Source: Octopus vulgaris (taxonomy: Eukaryota). From it: 64,000 nt of DNA. A program made the translations under genes and the position numbers. How positions within the stretch are numbered: the stretch's first letter is position 1; the number at the start of each line of letters is the position of its first letter. Shown piece by piece: positions 28,413-41,436 of this stretch. The notes below the pieces were generated by a model. It saw only the letters and a program-made list of their open reading frames with translations, was not told where the DNA came from and did no database searches. The stretch covers positions 26,412,001 through 26,476,000 of the forward strand of contig OX597825.1 of NCBI GenBank assembly GCA_951406725.2, given 5' to 3'.

Positions 28413-29087
28413 TAGCATGTTTGTAAGTTTCTCCAAAATCACGCAATAAGGGAGTAGCAGTGTTAGTAAGAGCAAAAACAGAAGAGAGAAAATGGTAATA
28501 ACAATGAGAGAGGTAGTGGCATCAAGCAGCGCCTCTCGCACTCTCTCCCAACAAAAACATTTTCACCTTATTGATGAAGTCTGTTTCTCTCTTGTTCTCA
28601 CACTCTCTCAATTTATCTATAAACGCTCACACACGCTCTCTCTCTTTCTCTCTCTCTCTCTCTCAACAACATTTTCATTTTTATTCGATGAACGCTGATT
28701 TGTTTTTCTTTCTGGTAAATATCAAAAACAATATACAAGATAAGTAAATAAGATTTTTGCACCTCCAAATTATTTTTTTCTGAATCTCTATGGATGTTTG
28801 ACTATTCTGGAAGATTTTCCTGCTTAAAAAGTTGCAAAGTTAATAGAATATAAAATAAGTAAGTAAGTAGTAAATTTTCAGTCATAAAATAAAAATATTG
28901 TCTATTGAAAGAAAACTTGATAATATTGTCTGTTTGCAGATAGCTTAATATAAAAGGAAGGTGATTATAAATATTTACAAATACTTGCCGATACAGTGTT
29001 GTTTTCAATTATTTGTAAAAGAAGAACTTTGTGAAGGTGGTGAAGTTTGTCTTAAAGATCTTTTTCAATTTCAGGGGGTAAAGCGAT

Positions 29088-29131
<44 letters not shown>

Positions 29132-29924
29132 AGAGACAGACAGACAAAGATAGAGAATGTGTAGACATTGCTGGAAAAAAGTATCACTGTGTATGCCATT
29201 AATGTAATCCTGTGTAATTTTAGACTTTGTATGGTTACGTATAGATATATAAGCAAACTAAAGTACACACACACACACACATTACACAAATACACTGATT
29301 TGTTTTGAAGTTTATGTCCCGTTGTATAAAATATATTCCTCTACTTGCTATGGAAAATGAATCAGACAGGAATGGACGGTTAGCCAGAGAGAGAGACTAA
29401 GGCGAAGAACAGCCAGTCTCACCCAGGAAGAACTGGACGCCAGAAGAATAAACAATACATTAAGGTTATTAAATCAATAACAAGAATTGAGACAAGAGAG
29501 ACGAGTGCAGGACGCAAGAAGAAATGTCTCGAAGATGTCAGAATGGAAAGGAGCACCTAATTGCAAAAAAGGAGAGATATTCAAAGAGATAAAGCAGCAC
29601 AAAAGCAACAGAAGAGGAAGCAGCAGTGAGGAGAGAATATCTAAGAAGGAGAGCATCGCAAAGGCGACAAGATGAAACGGAAGAGGAAGCAGCACAAATG
29701 AGCGAAATCGAAGAGAAAGAATATCGAGTTAATGGAAGAGTTAATTAATATTGAAACGGATCATCCAAGGCAAACAAATTGCTGGTAGGTTTTTCAGTTG
29801 AAACATGGTGTTGAAGCAATTACTGATAGTATGGTTGTAATGTTTTTCTATTAATTTTATTTTCTGTATAATTTTCATGCCGACATTTGTGACGGCACGG
29901 AGATACTAGTGATAATAATAATAA

Positions 29925-30110
29925 AATAACTAATCAATATCTCTGTCGCAATCGACATAAAATTGAGCAAATATAAAGACGTTGAAACAGAAACTGGCAA
30001 AATGTGGAAGATCAAGACTAAACAATACCCGTTGCAAATATGTGACCTAGGAATGATAGCAGAAGTGACTGATTGCTACCTATCTCAGATAATGGTGACC
30101 CGAAAAAGCG
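29925..30110 (+). mobile_element. degraded R4/Dong RLE C-terminal fragment
   Basis: aattgagcaaatataaagacgttgaaacagaaactggcaaaatgtggaag similar to 36765-36900; preceded by short (AAT)n. Confidence 0.7.
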
Positions 30111-30730
30111 ACGGTCAACCTAACCACTAGATCAAATGCCTCTTTCCCTTCTACCTACAGCTGCCTGTTTAGAGTAGTCTGATTCACCTATCTTTTTACT
30201 AAATTGCTGTGAAGCAGCACTTCTTTCTCGGTTATAATTTTCCTTTTCAAGTCCCCCTGCGTCAGCTTTTGCTTGATTCAGGACTGCAGCTCAACGAGAC
30301 AAGCTGTAAAATATCACGTCTGACAAGTTGCGACAACACTTGCTCTCCGGCAAGGAATCACTGGAGATGTATCTTCAGCGGATGTCTGCACATCTGCTAC
30401 GGAATGCCCAGCTTTCAATTCAGCGGGTGTGAATAGAAAATGAAGCGCCTGACCAGTGGAACGCATCCGATCCACAGAAAGAAGCAAAAATCTGCTTTTC
30501 ATTTTCGTCAGACGTGAACTGGGGCAAGCCACGATGGTCAGGCGGCAATGCATAACGGTGGCAATGTAAGCATTCGTCATTTGTAGCGACCTCTCAGCAA
30601 TAGATTTTACAGAACATTTTTGAATGAAGTTGGCCTGCTTGTCACCTCGTCTCAGTTCTTCTCTACCTGGGTATTCGAACCAAACCAGACAATGAGAAAG
30701 TTAACCTGTCCCTCCGTCCAGCTTCCCAGG
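30100..30730 (-). mobile_element. degraded Tx1-type ORF2 post-RT fragment
   Basis: TNAYIATVMHCRLTIVACPSSRLTKM, then a region resembling FLWxGxVPLVRRSI..PLNxxLGxP; related to the end of the 7290-8925 piece. Confidence 0.65.
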
Positions 30731-31392
30731 AATTAATCTGACAGCAGTTAATAGCAGGAACAATAAATGTGTTATTCCAGAACTAGCAATAATAACGTCA
30801 GCCATATTTTCAACAGTAAAATCAGAAACTGAATCTATGACAAACTATCACAGCAACAGTGTCAGTAAAAGCAAAGATTGCAACAGCCATGTAAAGAGCA
30901 ATATGACCCGATGTGAAGAGAATAGAGGGCATTACCGAAAAAACCTTCCAGCATCACTAGATTTTGCATACCCTCAGGAACACACAATCGCAAACGCAGA
31001 GACACACGAGGATATGCATTATGTTGCTCCTGTTTCGGAAATTCTCAACTCGAATTCTTGGTCATTCACTGAAATGGTAAGCGAAGAAGAATTAAAATAA
31101 ATGACGCTCCTCTAAAAAAAAAACCAAAAAACAAAAGAGTCTATGGAGTATTAAAAACCCATGTGCTCTGTCTCAAAGTGCAATTCACCCACATCATCAG
31201 TAGTAATACCACTACCATAACTAGAATAAAGACAGCCAAAATCTTGAACAACACGTTTATATCAGCAACAGTAACAGAATTGAGGGATAAGATTCACAAA
31301 AATATTAACGACAAGTTCGGGCTAGGTTGTTTATGGAAGAGCAACGGTCGCTTTCCACAACACCGACACTTTCGTGAAGTCGCAACCCATTT

Positions 31393-31527
31393 CTACACTT
31401 GAGTGAACTGGAGCAAAGTAAAATATAATGTCTCGCTCAAAAGCCCAACATAGCCCGGTCCGGGAATGGGAGTCAATACTTCGTGATTGTGAGCCCAACG
31501 ACCTGACCACCGAGTCATGCGCCTTCC
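31393..31527 (-). mobile_element. tRNA-head CORE SINE 5' part
   Basis: reverse complement gaaggcgcatgactcggtggtc...ttcccggaccgggc...gagcgagacatt...gctccagttcactc; same family as 43096. Confidence 0.75.
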
Positions 31528-31654
31528 CATTTTAATGTAAACATATTTGGAACAGACTGTGTACACTTTTGAAGCCTGCTGCAGTTGTGAGAGTAGGAAA
31601 TAATTCTCATAATTGTAATAAAACAAAAAAATGCTGATGAGAAGAAAGGAAATG

Positions 31655-31708
<54 letters not shown>

Positions 31709-32025
31709 CCCGGAGAACAGAAGATTTAACGTTGACAGAAACACTGGCGATACAAGCATAAAACAACGAAAATACCAAGAATAAATATGAAGTGACAAAT
31801 TGAGAACAGAGGCAGTATGTGTTTGGTGATACCGCCAAGAGAAACAGCTAACATGCCAACAGTCATGTGAATTATTACGACAAACGACAATATTTTCATA
31901 AGCAATATATGAACGCACGTATTTTCAAGTAAATAATTAAGAAATAGAACATTTACATGCATTTCATACTGGATGATGACATTTACATAAGCAGTTTGTG
32001 AGCATACAAATTTTGGAAGAGATAA

Positions 32026-32070
<45 letters not shown>

Positions 32071-32586
32071 GTATGATCCAGGAGAGCAGCTAATAAAATA
32101 AACATGCTACGCGTAGATGTTTAGCATAGAATATTGAACAACTGAAACTTTTCCTAGGGCAGATATTACATACAAATATTTGAAAGGTAAAGTGGGAGTT
32201 TGCAAAGAAGTAGGCACCCGAATTCATCCTTACTGTATGTGAGACTTATTTGTCCTTCGAATGGTCTTCATCAAAATAGGCAGTAATTTCTTTCTGGAAA
32301 GTAATTTCTGACAACGTAACAAATATCGTCCTAAATTTATGTTTGCTGTCGATTTATCAGAAGTTACCATTTATACCACAAGCTTACCTTTACACCACAT
32401 TCATGAACTTAAGAGTTGTTTACCTTCGTGGATTTGTCAAATTCTCTTGAGTGACTGCTCTCTCCCCACCAAAACCAAATTGCTGTTCTTCTCCTGCAGT
32501 CAACAATCATGCCACGCACAAAGAATGTAATTGCTCTCTTGGATCCACAGTGCAGTTCATTTCCGGAACATTTTAGGTTATTGTTG

Positions 32587-32624
32587 GGCGTAGGAGTGGC
32601 TGTGTGGTAAGTAACTTCTTACCA
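32587..32624 (+). mobile_element. 5' end of a CORE-type SINE split by insertion (continues at 34819)
   Basis: ggcgtaggagtggctgtgtggtaagtaacttcttacca; the intact family copy at 13760 reads aagtagcttgcttaccaaccacatgg. Confidence 0.85.
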
Positions 32625-33276
32625 GACAGACGTGTTGTTTTTTGCTCCTGCAAATGTCACGTGTTTGAACGTGAAATGTTGAACTTTTGACTCGGCGACA
32701 GGTAAGACGTTCTGTATTTTTAGAAGCATAGTGAAGTTTATTGCTTGCTTAATGTTATTTAGCAGTTAACGTTATCTAGCATTAATATTTTTTTGCGGGT
32801 AATAAACTTCACTTTACTTCAGATATATTTCTCTGCCTGTTGTCGTGTCTAAGGTCTCACTCTTAGTGAGAATTGTGCTTTTTGAGGAGGCGTAGCCCCT
32901 CCGCAAAAATTAATTTGTTTGCTTGTGTTTTACTACTTCGCAAGAAAATTATAAAAATAAGCCACTATTGGATTACCTTTCGGACCCATTTTTGTGGAGG
33001 TTGTGTTGCAGTTGCGGCGTTCCAGGTTCAACCCAGGCCGGGAGTACCGCAAGGCCAGAATATTTTTGCTGTGTTTTTTCTGTTTATTAACTTCCTTTTG
33101 AACTTCATTTACCGCCCCCCTTTTGTTTTTTTCTTTATTGCGACTTTCCGTTAATTTCTTCCCTTCTGTTGTGCTTTCTCCTTTTTGATTTTTCAAAAAT
33201 CTATCAAATTTTATTTGGACTTTTGAACTTTTTCTTCCTGCTTTTGAGTTTAATTTGAATATATTTTAAAAAAAAC

Positions 33277-34519
33277 ATGGCAATGAAAAATAACAAAATT
33301 TTGGAGTGGGAAATCATACCACCTAAAAAGTGGTTAAAAGACCGTGAAGATAGGACGGTGGTGTTGAGAACCTACTCCAAGGCACTTGACACCATCGCCC
33401 TATTCGAAAAGACGGCAATTGAAAAGGAGTTGGAAGAGTATTTGCCAACAATTAAATTCATTTCCAGGGGTGTCAAATATGCAACGGTGTGGTTGCTATT
33501 TGACACCCCTGAAGAGGCTTGCAAATTTGCTAGCAAACCCTTGGAGGGTAAGGAAATCTTATTCCTGCCCACGTACAAAAAAAGAAATTGATGAAAGCTT
33601 GGATCTGCGGACTGCCACCCGACATAGAACCCGAGTGGATAGAGGAGGCTATCCGGCGGGGTCTGGGTGACAGCGAAACTAAGCTCCTCAATGTAAAATT
33701 TCTTCCTGCGGCTGCTTGGGTTGGGTCAAAAGCAATTTTGACCCTGTGGACCCAATCAGCCAATCTGGTTCTTCCAGATTTTTTGAAAATGGCCGGGTGC
33801 AGGTACCCGGTGATGCTTGAGGGTCGCCCCCCTAAGTGTTATCGGTGCTTGGAGTCCGGCCACATAAAGAAGAACTGTCCTCGGGAACAAAATAGGATCC
33901 CGGAACAGTTAAGTAAAACCCCTCTAGAAGAGGGAACGATAACGGCCGAGAAAGCAGAGGACTCCTCAAACAGAGGCCGAAAGAGGAAGGTGAGCAACAA
34001 TGGGTGCTCACCAAAGGATAATAGGGATGAGGAGAGGAAGGCGAATCTTCCAGCCACGGAAGAGACGCACCCTCCCTCAGTTGAAAAGGGAAAAAAAAGA
34101 AAAAGAGGAAGAAAAACGGGACATTACCGGCTGTCAGTGTAGCACCGGAATGTCGCGGAACTACGTCGGTTGGGGTTGTGCCACCGACAAGAGAAGGAAT
34201 ACCGTTGGCGGAAACTGTGCCGCCAACGAAAGAACTGAATGTATTGGTCCTCTTCTATAGAGGAGGAGAAATTGAAAAAGTGGTGGAAGAGCACTACAAG
34301 GGAGCACCTTTAGCCTTCACACAGGACCCCGAATGGCCTCCGCAGGTAGCTGTGGAGGCCGTGGCGTTCGACGTGACGCTAGGGCTAAAGGAGCTCAATG
34401 AAGATTATAACTTGGTCCCGGGCGACGCGAACTCAGAACTTGACTACGTTCTCAGGGAGGCGTGGTTGATGGTGGAGGGCGCGGGCACAAGCTATTTCGA
34501 GGACGATATGTATTATTAG
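33277..34519 (+). pseudogene. Tx1-type ORF1 (gag-like, CCHC zinc knuckle), ~410 aa with two frameshifts
   Basis: ORFs 33277-33591, 33588-34142 and the frame open from 34085 to 34519 join through -1 shifts in A-runs; CYRCLESGHIKKNC knuckle preceded by VMLEGRPPK; GLPPD motif. Confidence 0.8.
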
Positions 34520-34640
34520 TAATGGACTTAAGTCCAAAAATTGAAAAATTGTAAGAGGATTAATACCTCGTTTTGTATTAATAATGGACTGCTAAGTCCA
34601 AAAATTGAAAAAATTGTAAGAGGTTTAATACCTCGTTTTG
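34510..34640. repeat. ~63 bp tandem duplication in the element 3' UTR
   Basis: taatggact..aagtccaaaaattgaaaaattgtaagagg.ttaatacctcgttttg occurs twice. Confidence 0.9.
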
Positions 34641-34818
34641 TGTTTAATCTTTTTAAAAAAGAACAATGTTTTAGAGAAGCAAAAATCGGCGGGCGCTTTC
34701 TGTCTTCTCCCATCCTTATCATCTTTCTTTCATTATCATTCACCTCATTAATGTCCTCGTCCAGCCCGCAAAGCTAACTTAATCTGTGTACTGCCTTTAT
34801 GGCAAATGTTTTGAAATA

Positions 34819-35173
34819 AAGTAGCTTACTTATCAACCACATGGCTCCGGGTTCAGTCCCACTTCGTTGCACCTTGGGCAAGTGTCTCCTGCTATATCCT
34901 CGGGCCGACCAATGCCATGTGAGTGGATTTGGTAGACGGAAACTGAAAGACGCCCGTCGTATATATGTATATGTATATGTATGTGTGTGTATATGTTTGT
35001 GTGTCTGTGTTTGTCCACTCAACACCGCTTGACAACCGATGCTGGTGTGTTTACGTCTCCGTAACTTAGTGGTTCGGCAAAAGAGACCGATAGAATAAGT
35101 ACTAGGCTTACAAAGAATAAGTCCTGGCGGTGCTTCAGCATGGCCACAGTCAAATGACTGAAACAGGTAAGAG

Positions 35174-35175
<2 letters not shown>
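34819..35175 (+). mobile_element. remainder of the split CORE-type SINE
   Basis: B-box gggttcagtccc, ccttgggcaagtg, family tail ggcggtgcttcagcatggccacagtcaaatgactgaaac. Confidence 0.9.
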
Positions 35176-35207
<32 letters not shown>

Positions 35208-35389
35208 TAACAAGTCTCTACCCAATAACATGCTTTTTCATCTGACCTCCACAAAAACAAAAAGAATAATTGTCTCAGAAGGGAAAACAACTGAAGGCTG
35301 TTCTTGGTAACTCCCCAAAATACGCTCACATTAAACCAAATATCCTTTCCACACATTATTTTACAAATCACAATCGTATAGTAGGACAG

Positions 35390-35890
35390 TCCTCTTGCCT
35401 AGGATCATAGTTTTCAGTCACATCCACATTTCAAAAGTCTCCACCCTCTCCTTTCTTAAATGGATTTGGTGAAACGCTGCCAAAAGAGAAGGCATTTCAC
35501 AATTTTTATAATGACATCCTCCACTCAAAGTATTTTTCTTCAGGTTAAAAGAAGGTAGGGTGATGTTCGTCACAACTGACTGCTGGATCTGGCCTAGATT
35601 TGAAAGAGGGTGTTCGATATAAGTCCATGAGTCAACAATTCCTTGGCAGGACAGTTTCGTCGTTCTCCATGTATGCTAGACAAGCCAGGGTTACAACATT
35701 TCTATCCCTGTATCGCGAACAGGCTTTCCTCTCCAGTGTGGCAGCCAGGTCAACTATTTATGGAAATCCTACATAACTCCTTGTTCCAATGTCTTTCATA
35801 AATAGCCTGTCAGTTGATTTTCATCGGCGCTCAGATGTGTCTCGAGACCTTTATCACAGTGGTCGTGCACGGGCTGCGTTGGCGGAACAA
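35390..35890 (-). mobile_element. degraded Tx1-type ORF2 C-terminal (zf-RVT-like) fragment
   Basis: minus strand ..ENDETVL..IVDSWTYIEH, homologous to 50880-51500. Confidence 0.55.
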
Positions 35891-36504
35891 GAAGATATGA
35901 TGCTGTTAGTGTTTGTATATTTTATATTGCCGCTATTCTCATAATGAAAAAAAAATATATGTTGTTGTTTTTATTATTGTTAGGATTGGTGTCCTTTTTT
36001 CCATGAATATTCTTGCGACTATAATTTTTGTTGCTTCTATCAGTTACTGATTCCAACAGTTGTTGTGGAACTGGTAAAAATTGGTAATATCGTTTTAGCC
36101 TTTCCTTCTCTCATTTTGCTGTAATCGTCGTTTTACCATTCCTAAAACTTAGATCAGTTACCTTGATGTTTGTGGTAATAATGTCGTTTAAAATTTACGA
36201 GAAAACGACAAAAACGGTGGTTCAAGTGCCATTTACGTCTGTCAGATATCCTACAGAACATATAGATTTACTTTTAAATGAATAATCTTTGGAAAGAAAA
36301 GTAATATACAGTGTGCCGCATATTGAATTATAAAACGAAACTGAACTTTTCTCAGGATCGTGGTGAGTTTGGCAACGGCACAGATGAAAATGCTTTAAAA
36401 ACAAAATATACGAGCAATTTGAGGGATCACTGTAGCAATATATTGACAACCACAAGAATAACAATCGAATCAACGGCAGTGACAACAACAATATTAATGA
36501 TGAG

Positions 36505-36505
36505 G

Positions 36506-36536
<31 letters not shown>

Positions 36537-36640
36537 TAATAATAATAATAATAATAATAACAACAACAATAATAATAATAATAATCATAATCATAATAAT
36601 AATGATAATCATAATCATAATCATAATAATAATAATGATC

Positions 36641-36686
<46 letters not shown>
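36505..36686. repeat. (AAT)n microsatellite with ATC variants
   Basis: directly visible. Confidence 0.95.
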
Positions 36687-37008
36687 GTGAGAGCAATACT
36701 CAATGAGTGAGAGCAATACTCAAGACAGAGCTGAATGCAAGAAACAGGATCGAAGACCTACCAAAAACTGAGCAAATATAAAGATCTTGAAATAGAAATC
36801 AGCAAAATGTGGAAGCTGAAGACTAAAACAATACCTGTTGTCATAGGTGCCCTGGGAATGATAGCAAAAGGGGCTGATAGCTACCTAACTCAGATACCAG
36901 GAAACCCAAAAATGGCAGAAGTTCAAAAGATAGTGCTCATGGGAACTGCTCATATCCTACGCAAAATACTCTATGTAATCTCAAGGTTTAAAACAAACAT
37001 AATTTTCG

Positions 37009-37043
<35 letters not shown>

Positions 37044-37198
37044 TTTTTAGACATTCATTAGTACAACATCCCCACCCCCCAAATATATGGCACAGTAGGC
37101 ATAACAACAACATGAACTTCCAACCCTGTTGTCTCTTGAGGTCTCTGGGTGAGACTTGGAGCCAACTTGTACAAATATAAAGCAAAGTCAAACATAGA
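36687..37198 (+). mobile_element. internally deleted R4/Dong element in (AAT)n
   Basis: VRAILKTELNARNRIE fused to KTYQKLSKYKDLEIEISKMWKLKTKTIPVVIGALG..QKIVLMGTAHILRKIL; 3' UTR then (AAT)n. Confidence 0.9.
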
Positions 37199-37236
37199 AT
37201 AATAATAATAATAATAATGATCATAATAATAATACC

Positions 37237-37280
<44 letters not shown>

Positions 37281-39119
37281 CAAAAATGAGAAAGTTGATC
37301 ATAATAATGTTAACAGCAAATAGTTCCTTCTAAACATTTTCTATGTATCATCAATTGCTTTCTATATTGATTTTTACAATGTTTACCAAATATTGTTGTT
37401 AATTAAAAACTTAAATATATCAATAAATGTGTGGAAATTAAATTGTTCGAAACAATTAAAATGACACTGAAGATAAAAATGACAATGGATTTCATAGAAA
37501 CAAAATCTAAATAGAAATATTTTAATTTGTTTGATTTTTATTTTTCTCAAAATATCAGTCAGCGAGACAAATATAAACAAGCAGAATGTAAAACTTAGGA
37601 AGATGATTTGAATACACACACACAACACACACACACACACACATACACACAGAGGCCCACACCTACCCATATAGCAACTAAAATTGAATACTGTTATGAT
37701 TATTCTTTTAACATCAATACTAATTTATTTTATATAGTGTTATGAATTATAATTACAAAATAAAACAATATACATTCCGAAAGTTAAATATTGAATATAT
37801 TGACGTAAAGTAGGTTGTTTTCTGATAAATAATCCAACATTTTGTTTTAAAGTTTTTATTTATGTTCTTTTATATATGCATATGTAATAGCAAATTTTCT
37901 TCAACTTATTTCTCTTTATATTTTATGTATGGTATGTGTATAATATTCATTAACTTTCGTGTCTTTATAAGCAAAAGTTTGACAACAATTTCGTAATATA
38001 TACAGAATTTAAAGCATTAAATAATTTCTTAATTGCATGCAAAGTAATAAATGATATAAAATATGCGATAAAATGAAAACAATAAACGCTATACTTAGAG
38101 TTTTCATTTGATCAATCGGGCGCAGGGTCGCAATTATTCAACGAAATTACTTATTAATGATGATTTAAATCACTTATATGATTTGCATTTTGTTAAAGTT
38201 GCAACACCTGATATAAATATATTTTAAAATACCTTCTGCGCTTTCCAAGTGATAATAAAATAGCAATATCTCAAGAGACAACAGTGAATGAAAAGCAGGA
38301 ACACACAATCACACAATGTCTGTTATATTCACAAAGTTTTCGGCAAAATGCAAAATAGTAGCTTAATGGTACCTGGCAATAATGCAGAATATACAATTGA
38401 AATTCACAAACTCTTGAGGTAAAATGTACAAAGGCTAGTGGGCTTTCTGCAAAAAAATAAAAAAAATATCATTCATGAATGCCGTTCTCTTACAACTTTA
38501 AGAAACATCGTTTTTTTTTGTCATAACTCAAGAAATAACAGCAAACGGCAACTTTTATTTCGTGTTTTAATTTTGAAACAATACATAGTTTGTCTTTCCT
38601 GAAGTTGGAAACAAAATTTCTGTAGAATTCAGTAAAGGGAAAAGAGGTGAAATAGTATGCCAGAATTCTCTAAATAGTCGCGGTGCTGTTTAGTTTTCCT
38701 GCTGGAAATGTCAAACCATTTTACAAGCAGATTTTTCTGCAAATATTTATGATAACTGCAATAACTCATTTTCACTTAATCGGATATAATCGGAATCAGA
38801 GGTTATACATTATGAATAAATATTGCGTGTGTATATGTGTACACAACTGAAGTGCGATTGTACGAAATAAGTCAGTTACAGAGATATATGCTAGGTTTAG
38901 GTGGCTATAAAGATGTGGCCAACACATAATGGATTTGAAGACGCATAAAGCCATATTTAATGGTTATAGGCAATGTATATAACGATATATCAAAAGTCAC
39001 ACACATTAAATTTCTCAAAAGTCGAAGATAATACAATTTATGTATCTACGTAAATATGCGTGTATGTATTAAAATGTACATGCATGTATGCACATACGAA
39101 TGTGCTTGTGTGTGGTTGC

Positions 39120-39170
<51 letters not shown>

Positions 39171-39400
39171 CATATATATACATATATATGTATGTATATG
39201 TATATATACACATATGCATCTACATATATATATTTTCTTGTGTATATGTATATATATATATATATATATGTATTTAGATGCACATATGCACTTATATACA
39301 TATATAGCTATGTACTCATATACAGACGAATATATAAACATGTGCGTGTATATACATGTTCAGTGGCGAATACTTGTTATTGCTTCTTATAATATGGCTA

Positions 39401-39436
<36 letters not shown>

Positions 39437-39908
39437 CGCTTTCTCAGCATAACGTTCCAGATACACGCATGCCAATGCAGGCTCTCTAAAAAGGCACGGT
39501 CAACTAAGAAACATATTTTAGTAGCATGCTTTGTTTAATGTACATGACACATTTACACGGGGAGATTGTCACCGCATGCACACACACACAAATGGTTTCC
39601 CAGCGAAATATAACAAACAGTGAGGCACGTCCATCTATAAGCACGCAGAGAACACTCTCGCTTCAGTATCATTTCATATTACAGCAAAGCTTCGATAATA
39701 GCAGTTCCAAAATAACCCGCGATCGGTGAAAATCCACGAAGTAGAAACAGTACGGTACTATATATTGTATTTAGTATTTATAATTTGTATATATTTATTT
39801 TATTATAAAAGCAAAACAACTCCACGGAGGAAACACGTAAGCAGAAATAATAAACTGCGATAGGTGAACTGCAGTAGTTGAACCGCGATATGGCGAGGGC
39901 TTACTGTA

Positions 39909-39943
<35 letters not shown>

Positions 39944-40355
39944 ATAAAAACGGTAGGATAAGAAAAGAAAGAAAGAGACGTCAATACTATGCAAATAGAG
40001 GAATTTATCTGTAAATGTAATATGTGGCAATTATTCGGTAACCATGATAAAACTCTGTGTTTCAGATGCCGAGGTGGAAATCCACGCCGCCATCTCTTCA
40101 GTTATCCGGCCATAAGAAAAAATGCTATGAAAAATGACAGTAATACAAAGGCAAATTACTGTGTGATTGACAGTTATTAAGACAAAAGAACTATTTGAAT
40201 GACCGCTAAGTAAGGGGGATAAAAATCTCATAGTATTCGCGTTCGTACTGTTCATACCCACACATGTGCGCCCGCACACCCACTTGCGTGCGCATACATT
40301 CATCCATCCTCACTTGAAAAATTGAGTTTTATCATGGCTACCGAATAATTGTCAC

Positions 40356-40425
<70 letters not shown>

Positions 40426-41368
40426 AAAACAGTCGCATTCACATTATATATTGCACTGACATAGTCATGCAATAGTTATACGAATGTTCATGTATTTATC
40501 TCATTACTAAAAATAATGTGTATACCTCTATATCTGTAACTGACAGGAGTGGATACATGGCGTATGTGCGTTGACACCTAGGAATTAAAATAAATCCAGA
40601 AGCTGTGACACAACAAAATACGATATATAAGAATCGACGAACAAAACAAACAAATAAATATATATCTAAAAAACTGCTGTTAGACACTAACTTCACGTTC
40701 AGTAGTACACTGTTGTTATTCGCTGAGAGCTCTTTGAAGACCTTGCATGATGACACAAGACATAGAATTCTATAAAATATCCTATACACCTGGGCCATTT
40801 TGCCGAAATCTATATCCTTTGTTCTTAATTTCATTTCTCTTTTCTTCATTCGCACATGATATACTTCGAAACAGACAACCTGAAATTATTGTTTGTGGTT
40901 TGTTTCCGGTAATGCGATCGAACAATGCTGCCTTTCATTTCCACTACAGACACACGCAAACACACACACACACACACACATACACTCACACACATGCATA
41001 TGCAACTGCGCGTGTGAGCATTTATATGCATACATACTTACATACATACATACACACGCGCGCACACACACACGCACAAGCACATATATATATACACACA
41101 TATATAATGAAATGTTAGCTGAGCTGTGTTTAGGCAGGAGCGAAATTCGTGTTAGTTAAAATATGTCTGTGGCATATTTCAACTGCAGGATGTTTGCATT
41201 TTAGCAGCTGAAATATGTCACAAATATAATTCAACTAGCGTATGTATGTATGTATGTATGTATGTATGTATGTATGTATGTATGTATGTATGCATGTACG
41301 TTTGTATGTACGTATGTATATATGTATCTATCTCTCTATATATGTAGATATATATCTTTACAAATATG

Positions 41369-41424
<56 letters not shown>

Positions 41425-41436
41425 TACATATCTACA

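Larger units (their letters stand above)
32625..34820 (+). mobile_element. ORF1-only Tx1/L1-type retroelement (half-L1-like) with ~17 bp TSD
   Basis: TSD aagtaacttcttacca (32609-32624) / aagtagcttacttatca (34819-34835); 650 bp 5' leader; gag-like ORF; ~300 bp 3' UTR ending in AATAAA; no endonuclease or RT. Confidence 0.8.
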
